A model generated the notes under the pieces. It had not been told where the DNA came from. It was given only the letters and a program-made list of their open reading frames with translations, and did not search any database. A DNA stretch of 64,000 nt. It comes from Eledone cirrhosa. Its lineage: Eukaryota. Shown here in pieces: positions 1-14,441 of this stretch (positions are counted from its first letter, which is position 1; each line of letters opens with the position of its first letter). A program made the position numbers and the translations under genes. Location of the stretch: NCBI GenBank assembly GCA_964016885.1, contig OZ024745.1:75268001-75332000 (forward strand), given 5' to 3'.

Positions 1-66
1 AGTTTGAAGTAGTAGATATACTATCAATTTATATACATACATGTATACATATATATATATATATGC

Positions 67-152
<86 letters not shown>

Positions 153-187
153 ATATATATGTATATGTATATATGTATATATATATG

Positions 188-218
<31 letters not shown>

Positions 219-528
219 GTATATATATATGTATATATATATATGTATATATATATATGTATATATGTATATATATAAATGTATATGTATATATATATAG
301 TTTTATCACTATATATATATATACATACACACATATATATAGTGTATATATATATGTATATATGTATATATATATATACTTATAGTATACTTATAATATT
401 CATATATATAAGTATACATACATATATATACATATATATATAAGAATATATATATATACATATTTATATGTATATATATATAATTTTATCGCTATATCTA
501 TCTATCTATCTATATATATATATATATA

Positions 529-559
<31 letters not shown>

Positions 560-570
560 ATTTTATCACT

Positions 571-636
<66 letters not shown>

Positions 637-934
637 GTAAAATTAAAACGTTGGATCATTAAAGGTTTCGCTATAATTCAGGTTATACCGAGAAAATAGT
701 AATAAAGATTTAAAAATGCACCTAATGGTTTTTTTTATAAACATTCAACACAAACAATACAAGTTGTGCTTTGTAAACGTTGCATGCATATAAAAAACTT
801 TAGGTGCATTTTCAAATTTCTATTATCCCTTATATATATATTAAAAGGAGTAGACCTCGAGTCCCACTCTACTATCCCAAGTTTCGAATACTCCGTTGAA
901 TAATAGTCTAATTAGTTTAATACTGGTTTAATTT

Positions 935-1018
<84 letters not shown>

Positions 1019-1024
1019 CATATA

Positions 1025-1066
<42 letters not shown>

Positions 1067-1072
1067 CATATA

Positions 1073-1114
<42 letters not shown>

Positions 1115-1120
1115 CATATA

Positions 1121-1155
<35 letters not shown>

Positions 1156-1271
1156 ACATATATATGATGTATATTATATATATATATATATATATGCAAA
1201 TTTTATATGTAACTAGTATCAATATATAACATATTTATGTACTTGTACGTATAATATTTAGTTGTAATTCT

Positions 1272-1326
<55 letters not shown>

Positions 1327-1652
1327 TATAAACACACAAAATTATTTATGCATATTTGTATATCTTTTTACATGTTCTAGTGTGAGAGTACTCTTTAATT
1401 AAACGGTAAATTAGAAGTATATATTGGAACAAAGCTTTACATAGGGTCACAAACCTGAAGATATGAAAATATTGACATCACTCAATGAAATTGAACACAG
1501 ACCTCCCTGTTACATGATGAATGATATTTTTGATGTGGTTTATATTGAGGAATTTTCACCTGTAAATATTCTAGAAGCGTTTTCCCTTTCTATTCACGTA
1601 CCACTTTAAATTACATACCTCTTGATTATACACAACAAACCCCTATCTGTCG

Positions 1653-1693
<41 letters not shown>

Positions 1694-1741
1694 CACACAC
1701 ACATATATATATATATATATACATACATATATATATACATA

Positions 1742-1772
<31 letters not shown>

Positions 1773-1799
1773 ACACATATATATATATATATATACATA

Positions 1800-1833
<34 letters not shown>

Positions 1834-1848
1834 TATATACATACATAT

Positions 1849-1987
<139 letters not shown>

Positions 1988-2095
1988 CATACAGATATAT
2001 AAATATATGTAATATATTCATGAATATATACATGAATCTATATGCATTCCTGTATATATGTATGTGTCTATATATACATATTATGCACATATACG

Positions 2096-2128
<33 letters not shown>

Positions 2129-2155
2129 GTATATATATATATATATATATACACA

Positions 2156-2199
<44 letters not shown>

Positions 2200-2965
2200 C
2201 ATATATGTATATATATATATACACACATCACATATATATATACACATATATGTGCATATATATATATATATATATGTATGTATAAGATGACAGACATATG
2301 TTGTCACACTTGTACAATACATTGCTCCCCCAAAACAAACAATATGAATAAAAACCTGGAAGAGACACACGGGTGTATGTCAGTATGTCAGTATGTAAGT
2401 ATGTCATGATGACATTATAAAATGTAACACTGCTTGCTTCAACAGCATTTTCAATGAAAACCGTCAAGAAATAAGCTTTACTTTTTTTGATTTTTCTCTA
2501 TGAACGTTTTGAACCGTCATTAAGAATCATAAATACACTCAAACTTACAAGTTTATTTCGTTATAAATGAGCATGCTTTTATTCTTTCTATGCACTCTAC
2601 ATAGCGTCAACGTTTTATGTGCATTTTCACATACTTTGTCGGTGTGTTCACGGTTTAGCATTATATTTATTTTCAATAAGTCTTTTTTTAATAATATATA
2701 TATATATATGTATATACATATATATATAGCTTCTGTTTATTTAGGAGTTTTTAACACTTTGTTTCCATTTGTTTATTACAATTCAATTTATTATATCAGA
2801 TTCCGTACATCTGCTATATATAATTTTAACCTTAATTTCTGATCCACATATTCACGTACTTGATTCATATATTGATCTCTTTCTATATATATATATATAT
2901 TCTTTGCTTCGTGGTTCAATTATTTTTCATAATTTTTTTTGGTATGTTTTATAATGTTTATGTGT

Positions 2966-3357
2966 TTAGTAAACCTCCACGTGATTCTGTGTGGAAGCTG
3001 GTGGATATTCGATATAGCCTTGTTGGGAATTTTCATTTACGTCTGCTTGAATCATACGTGATGCGTTTGGAGGCCCGGTTAGCATTGGCAACGCCTCCAA
3101 GGAAAGCATCTGTTGTGATGAGATAGGGATGTTGTTCGGAGATTGTCGGCCAAGGTAGGGCGTGGCTGGTCGTAAACCATTGAAATGTCCCCAGCCACCG
3201 TCCATCGGAGGGGTTCCCGGCGGGACGATTGGAACAGGCCCCATAATGGGCTCGTGGTCTACGGTCTGTCCCGGGTTGTAAAGATCTCCAGACAGTCGAC
3301 CGCCACTGCCGCCAGCGCCAGAAATGCTACCTGGATGCTCGAGATCATCTATGTCAT
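2966..3357 (-). CDS. Lhx3: Lhx3/4 last coding exon: (N)DIDDLEHPGSISGAGGSGGRLSGDLYNPGQTVDHEPIMGPVPIVPPGTPP...SQQGYIEYPPASTQNHVEVY*
   Basis: (CT)n polypyrimidine tract and ATAG| acceptor at 3359-3358. Phase-1 entry runs in frame into ORF 2966..3244; GC-rich, Pro/Gly/Ser-rich; TAA at 2968-2966. Confidence 0.9.
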
Positions 3358-4624
3358 CTATAGAGAGAGAGAGAGAAAAAAAAAGAAAAATAAATAAATT
3401 CTATCTTACATAAAGATATTTTGTCCGCTAATAATTCAGATTTTAAAAATAAATCATATTTATAATATCAGGTTTGAATAAGACAAACTTGTGTTACAAA
3501 AAATAGATAATTTTATGGATAGAAAGAGAAAACAATGCAATAATTTGCCTGAAAGAGTATTTTAGATTAAAGATTTAACGTTATCTATTTCATAGATTAC
3601 AGTTTAAAACTACGAAAATTGCTACAAAAATTCCGATTTATTAATTCATCATCATATTTACCATACCATCGCATGTGTAAACGAAAGGATTCGCAAAAAA
3701 TAATTTTACATAAAGTATAGTAAAGAGATTCAATAAATGGAGACATGATATAATAAATGTTAAACGTTAAATCTTAGTAAAATTTTAATGGTTTAAAGTT
3801 TTATGTAGTGGGCCACGACCACTTAATAAGAATGCTTCACAATTATAAATACATTTCCGGATTTGATCACATTGCGTGACATCTTGGGCATGTGTCAAGC
3901 CATGTTAGTGAAATCGGGTTGACGCAAAACTGTGTGAAACCCCCGTCGGAAGGACTGTACCAATAATTCAAGGAGCCAGCCTTGCTACACTGAATCTACC
4001 CGAGAATTATGTGTATGTGTATTTAAGTCGTTGTGAATATGCGCATGCATGTACTTGCTTAGTTCAGGGGTCTGACACCGCCACTCCACCACCACCTCAC
4101 AACCACCACCACCACCAACAACAACAACATCTCCATCATAACAACACAGCCACCATAAAATCACCACTATTTGATCAGTATGATTACCACCGCCACAACA
4201 TACCATCAGAATATTAGTTTTTAAGATAAATACTTTTAATTTTGGCAATTCTGCTTTTATTTCCCCCCTTGTTATCTTGCAGCACCTATTTGTTTTAATT
4301 CATACCAAACTTTATGATAATCTCCATCTGAATCTGTTTGTCACAGAATTTCTCCGTCTATTCGGCTGCCACATATACTGTTGTGTATTTGAAAAATCGT
4401 CTCTTCACTTCTTTACTCTTATGTTCTCACCCCTTACTCCCACTTTTCCTTATTCTCACTGACTCATTTATATATATTATTATTTCTTATACATATATAT
4501 ATATATATATATATGAAAGTTGTCCAAGAGATAAATAGACATGTTTTGTCTGTAGAAAATTTTTTTGGTTTCTGCCACCGCCCATCCTCCTCAAGGTTTC
4601 TATTTCTTCCTTAATTTCTCATTC

Positions 4625-4665
4625 TATTTTCTGATGAAGGAATAGCGTCCGAAACATTAAGACAC
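4625..4665 (+). ncRNA. Degenerate minimal hammerhead core
   Basis: CTGATGA(4631)-A-GGA atagcg TCC-GAAAC-ATTAA; helix II is intact, helices I and III are degenerate. Confidence 0.45.
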
Positions 4666-4756
4666 TCTTCCTACTACATCAAGTGTAAAACTAATAATAT
4701 ATTTCTTGATTGTACTGTGTCGTTTGCTTTATTTCTCTTTGCCTACACACACACAC

Positions 4757-4793
<37 letters not shown>

Positions 4794-7631
4794 TCAAATA
4801 TGTGCAAATAGAATGTGTGCGTTAAAGACCGAGAATAATAAAATCATATGGCACTATTGCTGTTGTTGATGTTGTTTGTGTGTTGGATCTTCGTCGGTGG
4901 AGACGACTAGCGTTCCAATTATTCGGACAAGGGAACAGCCTGCTCATGAAATCAATATGTAAGCGGATGAACGTTCTCTAGACACGTATACCATTAACAG
5001 TTCTCAAGGATATTTAGCGAGATAAAGTGTATGACATGGTTGGCTTTTTGAATTACAGGTACAACTCATTTTTGACGGATGAGTCAACTGAAGCTACGTA
5101 AAATAAAGAACCTTGCTCAAGGACACAACCATTGCCGAGAATCGAACCCTCGACCTTACGATTGTGAGATGAACACTCTAACCGCTAAGCCATACTCCTT
5201 CACCTATGGTACTAAAATTGTTTTTGAGATGCCCAACATTTTTCAAAACGAATCACATCCACAAGGCATTGCATCCATGGTGACATTATCGAGATTGTTC
5301 TTCCTCTTTTGTAGGGTTGTATAATCATTCAATTTACTCGATTGTCTGGATGTCCTTTACTGAATACTCATATCGACTATTTCCATAGGTCTTCCATCGA
5401 ATTTATATCTGAGGATTGTGATGGTCTCTGATTTCGATAAATGTATTGTTTTTGATGAATTCCTTGATTATTCCTGCGGTAGAAGTCGTTAAATTGTCGC
5501 AGTCATTAGGACGTCGGATTAAAAGTCTCGGTATTTGTTCCAGCTCACATCGCTCTGAGTTCAAATCCCATCGAGATCAAGTTGACCGTTCATCCTTTCA
5601 ATGTCGATAAATAAAGTACCAAACCAGGCTCTGTGGATTGGCGGAATTGTTAAAGAGCCAGACGGGATTCTTTGCGGTATCTGATTCGGCTCTGAGCATT
5701 TTGAGTTTAAATCCTGACTCCTTCTGCCAGGAGCTATGACCAGTAGTAAGTATCAGCAGTAGAAACACCAATAGGAACATAGGTACTTTGGTCTGATTTG
5801 ATGAGCGACTCATTTCCTCTTTTCTTGTGGTATGCCTAGGGTTATTGTCATGCTAAAACGTCCATGACCAGTCCAAATAACCCTGGGAATACGGAAGTAT
5901 AGTCTTCTCCAAAATCATTTGATATGCTGCACAGCACCGCTCCCTTTTCTGAAAATGCAGTCTTCAATGTATAACATTACGACTACCATAATTAACTGTT
6001 AGATTCAAGCACTCTGGGTTCTTATATATATATATATATATATATTCCTTTTATAGGACTAGCCATCCTTTTGAAATCCAGATAGTTCTGTAAAGTCACT
6101 TCTCAATTAAATAAATACCTTCTCTAGCTGATGTATTGAGAACTCCACATTGCTGTTCCCTTGCGCGCTGTAACAGAACACCACTCCATAATATATATAT
6201 ATATATATTCATATATATATACATTTTTTCGTTCATTGCCAGAGAACGTCTCTATGTACCACCTAAGAGAACATTAGTCTACGATCTCTTTTATACCATA
6301 AACGTGGTTCTGTCTTTGCGCGTAATTGTTTTTCACCGCTCCTATTAATGACGTATTATTCGTTTTTTCCCGTTCTTTGCCAGCGAACGTTTCCACGAAC
6401 CAAAGTATCGTCTTCCTGTCTTCCTCCGGTTGCAACGTTTTTTGAAATATCCAGTTCTGCGTTTACAGATTGACTTTGTTAGTTTCAGAAGATCCCGTTA
6501 AGGGTGAAAGCAGCGATTCTTTGCTTAAACTTTAATCTGTTATTTTAATAAATATTTGCTCTTCGGTTCTTATATATTTGATATATATTTTCCTTATCGA
6601 GCCCTCTTTGGATTTTAGTCTTCAATTTTATTATTATTACTATACATATATATATATATATATATACATATATATAGATACATATATATATATACACCCA
6701 CATATATATATACATATATATACATATATATATATATACATATATATATACATATATATATATACACCCACATATATATATACATATACATATATATATA
6801 TATATATATGGGATAACAAATTATCGTTATAGGTAATCCATATATATGTATACATATATATATCTATATACACACATATATATACATACATATTTATATA
6901 TATACACGCACACACGCACACACACACATATATATATATATACATATTTATACATGCATACATATATACATATACACATATATATATATATACATAAATG
7001 TATATATATATATATATAAATACATATTCATAGTTGTGTTTGAACAGGGTTTTCGAGACTAGAAATAGGTAACAACTTAACCACTACCATGCTAGTCGAT
7101 ACATCGATCTCCATCGATCAATCGACCCTCTGAAACGATCGTAAAACATTGAATTAACTCTCTACTTACACCTGACTTCTGTTTTTATTGTTCAAACACA
7201 CATATATTGACTCTGTAACCCGGACGGATTTTCTTCGAGGATCTACCGGTCACACTGCCGATTCTCGCCGCAACCATCCTTCCTAGGATACACTAAGTTC
7301 TAACAACGTTATCAGCCCCACCACAACCAGGTAGACTCCGATATAAATACATATATATATATAAAAGGAACGATCGACTTTCGTCAAATCGGACCGAGGA
7401 AACAATGTTTCCGTTGGTCTTTCCAATTGCTAATACTATCTATCGGTCGCAACTCCAGGTAGAAGGAGTAACGTGAAATAAAGTGTCTTGCTCAAGGACA
7501 TAACGCATCGCCTGGTCCAGGAATCGAACTCACAACCTTACGATTGCGAATCCAATTCTCTAACCACTCAGCCACACATATATATATAAATACATACATA
7601 CATATTTATACACACATTAACACACACACAC

Positions 7632-7787
<156 letters not shown>

Positions 7788-8726
7788 AACATTTCCCGAA
7801 AGAATGTTTCTGTTTCTAGAATGGTTCACTAATTGGGACCAACTAGGCAGCCGCTTAGCGCGCATTTTTTAAAGAGGCGCATTATTGCATCTTACGAGAT
7901 CACAGTTTTATACAAATTTGTAAAATTAAATAAAACATATAATAAATAACTAAGCATCTCTGTCGCATCGTAGCGTTGTGGAAATATCGAAAGCAGTGAA
8001 GGTCATAAGGTGTTATGACTTGTCACAATGTTTGTCGTGGGTGAATGAGGACCGTGTCGTAGAAAATGTTGGATTAGTAATTTTCTTAGGGTGGTTTGAT
8101 CAAGAAATGTTAAAACTAGGTTCGTCAGCTAACCAAACTGTAAGGTGAAATTATTTTATTTGGGCAAATGGGATGTATACCTAGGAGAAGGGTTCGCACA
8201 TTGTAGTGCTAGCCTAAAGCACGAAATACACAAGCGCCGGCCCTGTTTATTTGCCATTTGATATTAATTTCCTTTGATCAGTGTCAAGGTCCACCCTTAT
8301 GTTTATGCGACCTGTAGTCGATATAATTCACCTCATTGCATTATCACTATTTATGTTGGACGCAGGCATAGATGAATGGTTATGAAGTTCGTTTCACAAT
8401 CACGAGGTCCCGGATTCGATCCCTCAACGTGGTACCTTAAACAAATGTTTATTTACCATAGCCTTAAATCGACACAAGTTGTGTGATTGAAATGGGATAG
8501 AATGAAACTATATGGTAGGTCGTCGGATGGAATGTTTCTGTAAATCAAAGATCCTGCCGTGTCACATATTCTGTTACGCTGCTTCGGCTTAAGAATGATA
8601 CTAAGGGTACACATGTCTTTAGAATAATCAACCATTTACACGTTAAATCATGACTTGGACGTTCAGTTGATCGAAACAAACGAAGGATCAATCCACCATA
8701 ACTACATTTGTTATTTAGTTTAACGA

Positions 8727-8945
8727 AGGGCGGTGGGTTGGCTGTATCGGTAGTGCGTCGGACAACATGCTTCGCGGTAGAGAACTACGATCCTTTGCGT
8801 TCTGATTTCAAGTCCTGTCGAGGTTAGCTTTGCCTTTCAAACTTACGGAATCGATAAAATAAAGCACCAGGAATGCATTAGGGTCGATTTAATCAATTTT
8901 CCCCTCCCACTAAAATTGTTGGCCTTGTGCCTAAATCAGAAATCA
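8727..8945 (+). mobile_element. Family-A SINE with 16-bp TSD
   Basis: TTATTTAGTTTAACGA at 8711-8726 and 8946-8961. Confidence 0.9.
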
Positions 8946-9219
8946 TTATTTAGTTTAACGAGCCTGAAAGGAAAGAAAGCCAAACTCGACTATGAAGAGA
9001 TTTGAACCTTTAATGCCAGAACCTCTCACAACTTTCTTTAAGTTTAGAGATTCAACTCTTAGATTTGTATAGCTAATAAAAATCAATTTCTCATTTTATT
9101 AAGAAAAAGGTGGCAACGATTTCAAGTTTTGACTGTAATTTGCCTCTTCAAACTCTCTAAAGATGATTATAAACACCTCCATAAATATTATTTATTAACG
9201 TTTTTACTATTAGGTTGTG

Positions 9220-9401
9220 GAATTGGCAGTATCGATAGAGAGTCGGACGCCATGCTTTCCAGCATAGTTACGTCCCTTTACTGTCTGAGTTCAAATCCCG
9301 TCGAGGTTCACTTTGCCTTTCATCCTTACGGGGTCGATAAAATAAAGTACCAGTAATGTACTGGGTAATTGCTGGCCTTGTGCCAAAAGTAGAAACAGTT
9401 A
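9220..9401 (+). mobile_element. Family-A SINE with 16-bp TSD
   Basis: TTACTATTAGGTTGTG at 9204-9219 and 9402-9417. Confidence 0.9.
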
Positions 9402-9797
9402 TTACTATTAGGTTGTGAGTTTGATTCCCGGACCGGGCGGTGCGTTGCGCCTTTGATTAAGAAACTATTTCACGTGGCTCCAGTTCACTCAGCTGGAAAA
9501 AATGAGTTGTAATGTCACTGATGCCAAGCTGTATCAGTTTTTGTCTTTCTCTTGGACAACATCGGTGGCGTGGAGAGAAGAGACTGGTCTGCATGGGCGA
9601 CTGGTGGTCTTCCACAAAAAACACCTTGAATGTGTGTGTGTTTAGAAAGTCTCGAATGCCGAATGCAAGAAAACTGTTGTGACCACAGCTTAGAAAATCG
9701 GGTAAAATACCCATATAGTCAGAAAAGGTTGCCAGCATCCGTTATAAAGAATCGAATTCTGAACCTCTCAAAATGTTGTCACATACACACACATATA

Positions 9798-9897
9798 CAG
9801 GGTGTCCCCCATAAATGTATACACACTTCAACAGCATTCTAATAAATATTGCCTGTACAGGTAATCAGAGTGTGTATCCATGTTTTGGGACACCCTG
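9798..9897. mobile_element. 100-bp Tc1/mariner-type MITE
   Basis: TA-CAGGGTGTCCC...GGGACACCCTG-TA (TIRs with a TA TSD); an orphan TIR lies near 47950-47960. Confidence 0.8.
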
Positions 9898-11099
9898 TAT
9901 ATATGCATTTGAATGTGTGTCCGTAGTTGTGCTATGCTTCTTCTTTACTGTCAAAGCGTAACAAAACCATTCGATGAAAAGAGATCATAAATATATGTAT
10001 CAGACTGGAAAATTACTTAGTTGATATAATTGATTAAAAGATTTTAATGTGGCTCCCCAGTAAGGCTGATGTCCAATGTCTGGAACTTATGAAAGGATAA
10101 AATTGATACGTTTCATGAAAGATTTCATCTAAAACATAAGGTGAGGTGAATGGTGGTCGAGCTACACTAATGGAGTTAAGAATTTTGCTTGTGTTAATAA
10201 TTACCATTAAATTACATGAGCAATATTGGTTTCTGATTTAGGCAAAATGCCAGCAAATTTAGGGTATTGAGTTCATAATCATATGTCGTGGTTCGATTCC
10301 CAGACTGGGTGACGCTTTGTGTCCTTTCACGTTGCTCCAATTAGCTTAGCTGAAAACGAGTACCACTTAGCTTTCATAAAACCGTGATAAACTCCGGTAT
10401 TTGTCCAACTAATGCAAACGTGGAAAAAAACAGACACAAAGGCTTTTAATATCTACTGATGTATGACCTCTACTATATTTATACAAACAGTCTGAAAGTA
10501 ACTACTAGTGTACCATAGGCGTCTTTTCTTAAGTATATCTATTTTCTTTTCCAGTCTTTTTAGCTCCACTTTTAACACCATTCTTCGTCGAGAATACGAT
10601 GTTAAAAAACATTTCTTAACATAAAAAAACCCATTTACATCAGTGAAAAATTAGAAAAGATGCGCGCACTACATCGGGAAGAGAGTCAAATACACGCATA
10701 ACTTCAATAACAATGGAATATTTAAAATTATAGACAAACGCAACGAAAGAATATCTTTGAATAAGTATATCTTTATACATATTTTGAGTTAATGTCTTTT
10801 GTTTATTGATTATTAAACAGTACAAAATGACTTCAAGCCAATGCATTCGAACAAACAGTCTTATATAATACACAAATATATACATGTGTATTATGACGAT
10901 ATACAAATTATCACAAACAATTATACCCGAAATGTGTGTGTGTTTTTTAAATAAATATTCCATCGGTAATAATTGTGAACTAAATTTATTTTAACCTAAT
11001 AAAATTTGAGGATTTATCACATTTCACATTCGCTACACGATTGACAATGAAGTAAATTATTTTCCATTTCAGATGGAGAATTCACATAAAAATACTTAC

Positions 11100-11423
11100 T
11101 GGCATAAGAACCCTCAGTCAGACCGTCATCTGACCGATCATCAGCACTTAGAGAGCTATCCGGGTCACCATTACGTTTCATTTGTCTAAAGTAAGGACTC
11201 CAGCGCTGCCTACCAGCATCTTTCTTTAACCGCTTCTCCTTCGCCCGTCGGTTCTGGAACCAAACCTGTACCACCCTCATGTCCAGACCTGTTTCAACGC
11301 TTAGCTGTTCCCGAACATGACGTGCGGGTTTCGGACTTTCGTTGTAGGCCCTCTTCAGGGCTTCCAGCTGTTTGGCCGTGATGGTCGTTCGAGGTCGTTT
11401 GTTTCCTCCGTCCAGGTCGTATT
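11100..11423 (-). CDS. Lhx3: Lhx3/4 exon, homeodomain: (E)[107 protein letters not shown]
   Basis: [13 protein letters not shown]...[44 protein letters not shown] is diagnostic of Lhx3/Lhx4/Lim3. Acceptor TTTTTTTCTATAG|, donor A|GTAAGT; 324 nt, phase 1-1. Confidence 0.99.
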
Positions 11424-14114
11424 CTATAGAAAAAAAAGAAGCAAAACATAGCTAAATCACAACAAGAAACAAAATAACAATTTCTAATTTAAGCCGGAAA
11501 TTTGAGGAGAATAGAAAATCAATTAAATCGACCACAGTATTTGACTGGTTCTTTATTTTAATGAACTCGGAATGTTGAAAGCAAAGTTGATCTCAGCGGG
11601 ATTTTAACACAAGGCTAGGAGAGGACAGTTAATTAAATCAAGCCCAGATGTATGAAAAGCAAAGTTGTTATCGGTGGGATTTGAACTTAGAAAATAAAGT
11701 ACCGTAACAATATGCCAAATGGATTTTGCACGTCACTCTAAAAATTCTACCAATACACCGTCCTTGTATGGATGCGTGTATAATCCCGTAACTCCTAATA
11801 GAGTCGGAGGGGTGCGGTATTGACACACGGCGTTTCTTGGGCATTTTAAAGCCTAGCGGAGCCCATCCCTGTTCAGGCCTGAACACAGCAGATTTCTTCC
11901 TGAGAAAAACAAAAGGTGAGGGAGGAAATGAGAAAGAGATATAGAAGAAGAATCCGCCCCAGAATTAGACTGGTACCTTTTTTTATCGAATTCGAAAGGA
12001 TAAAAGGCATGGTTGACCTCGGCGTGATTTGAACTCAAGGGGAAGTGAGCCCGAACGAATACCATAAAGCATTCTATCCGACGTTCTAACGACTGCCAAT
12101 TCGCCACCCACACCGCCCTTTTAAAAAAATAAAATAATGATTTCTTTATAAGGTACTACAACTAAACACCATTAGCAATAACACTATTAATGCTAACTTC
12201 TCTACGGTCTCAAATAATCGTCCACCCGCTTCTTAAATTTTGATAATCTATCTCCGGCGAAATTTTATTTTAAGTGGTAGCATTCCTACGACAGTTAATT
12301 TTCTTTTGACATTAAAAAAAGACATGATAAAAAAAGAACATTTGGGACCCGAGAGTACAACCACATTTACAATTGTTATAGATGCAGCTCCGGCAGTTTC
12401 ACCAATGAGTGATCAACAGAACAACCTGCTTGTGAAATTAATGTTTAAGTGGCTGAGCTTTCCACAGGCACGTGTATCCTTAATGTAATGCTGAGGGTAA
12501 TTCAGCGTAACACTATATGTAACAAAGATAGCCTTTTTGAGTTACAGTCATAGTGCATTGAACGGGATTTCAAACAGCCCCTCCCTACTCAATTTCACTC
12601 AAAAAGATTGGGTTGACCCGAGGCTTTGGTAAATAATACTTGTCTAAGTTGCCAAACATTGGGATCGAACTTGAAACATTAGGATTCAAAAGCGAACTTC
12701 TTAACCATTGGGCCATGCTGAGTCCATGCATTGAAATAAAATAGTCGTTAATAGACTCATTACATAAAACTTTAAATCATTATAATTTTACTATGATTAT
12801 GTAATTTAACATATATTATATCTTGTTATATTTATTGAATCTCTTTGAACTCTTAGCATGTTATAAGCGATCTGAGTTCTGCATAGTTGTCTGATGCTCT
12901 ATATTAACCAGAGAAAATAAACAAGATCTCCCTCATAACAAAAAGCAAAACAGAATATACAGAAGGAATAATTGAAAGTATGCCCATACCTACTGCTTTG
13001 ATTTCTTCCATTCTAACTATGGATGCATTTATGATCAATCAAATGTCACTAATATTTTTTTCCAATCCTTTCGTTTACGTTATTTTGCATCCACATTTGT
13101 TATAGGAACAATCATTAATAATAAATATTTAAATAGGATATAGATATAACATGGTATATGTTCAACCCTGCATCATCCAATAACTAATACAATATATATA
13201 TATTAATAATAGGGAGGAGAAAGTCGATTAAATCGACCCCAGTGCATTATTGGTGCTTCATCGACGCATGAAAAGCAAAGCTAACCTCGGTGGGATTTGA
13301 ACTCAGACAGTAAAGGGCCGTAACTATGCTGCAAAGCATGATATTCGACGCTCTATCGATACTGTCAATCCACCGCCCAGGCCTCTGATTTAGGCAGAAG
13401 GCCAACAATTTTGAGGGGAGGGGCAAGTCGATTAAATCGACCCCGGTGTGCTTCTGGTGTTTTATTTTACCGACCCCGTAAGGATGAATGGCAAAGCTAA
13501 CCTCGGTGGGATTTGAAATGATAATAATGATACGTCTTCATTTCACATTCTCGTTCAATTTAATAATATAGACATTGTATTTAGAGAGCAATGTTTTACA
13601 CTACTAAGTTTTCTCATAAGACACGTAAAATTACAATAATAATTAAACATTTACACTAAATAATATTTTAAGTTCGTGACTAAATTTATAAGATGTTAAA
13701 TTAATATAAAACAATGTATTTGCACATGAAAACTTGATATTCTTTTGCCTGTTGGGAATTACTCATAAAATATGTCTTTGTTACTATCTCGTTCGTATCT
13801 GTGCTCTGCACTGTATTTTCACCTCGTTCTTCCCCTTGTAAAATACTCCGAGGTAGTGTTTAACTATCTTGTTAGATAGTGAAAAGTCAAACAATGATGT
13901 CGGTAGGGGGCGAAATTGTAAATCTATTTCAACTGCCAATGACCACAGAAATTTTTGTACTGTCTGTACAGCAAAATTGACAACAGATACAATTAAATCT
14001 GATATAGGTGTAGGGCCGGACGAATAGGGGGACGGGATGGTACATAGGCAATACAAAGTTGTAACAAGAACTCCGTGGCCATCGGCTGTAAAATTCGACT
14101 CATATTTGCAGATG

Positions 14115-14173
<59 letters not shown>

Positions 14174-14300
14174 CATATATTTGTTATAAGTTGTGTTAGT
14201 AAATCAACAACACCAGTGTAGACTGGCTAGAACACTCGACGAAGTATATATGTAGGTCTGTGTACTCCGGAGTTTTGGTATATATATATACATACAATTC

Positions 14301-14441
14301 ATTAAGGCTAAATAATGAGTCGTTTTACTCTGGAGTTTCACTTGTTTACCACAGGGTCATCAGACAAGAAATTCTTGTCTGATGACACCGTGATAAAGAG
14401 GCGAAACTCCAGAATAACAAGACTCCCTATTTAGCCGTAAT
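14301..14441. ncRNA. Fold-back pair of minimal type-I hammerhead ribozyme motifs (Penelope-like pLTR relic)
   Basis: Plus strand: TCTTGT-CTGATGA(14379)-spacer-CGAAAC-TCCAGAAT-A-ACAAGA, with helix I TCTTGT/ACAAGA. Minus strand: TCTTGT-CTGATGA(14363-14357)-spacer-GAAACTCCAGAGTA. The arms form an imperfect palindrome centred at 14371. Confidence 0.7.

Noticed and set aside
11017-11099. C-terminal part of ORF 11017..11280 (SKYFYVNS...)
   Set aside because: Read-through past a consensus A|GTAAGT donor at 11099; a phase-compatible last exon exists at 3357.
11785-11900. TAACTCC...GGAGGG resembling a twister ribozyme (similar at ~28163 and ~48061)
   Set aside because: The central CCGGUCCCAAGCCCGG-type element and pseudoknot partners are absent; better explained as an alternative 3' body of a SINE.
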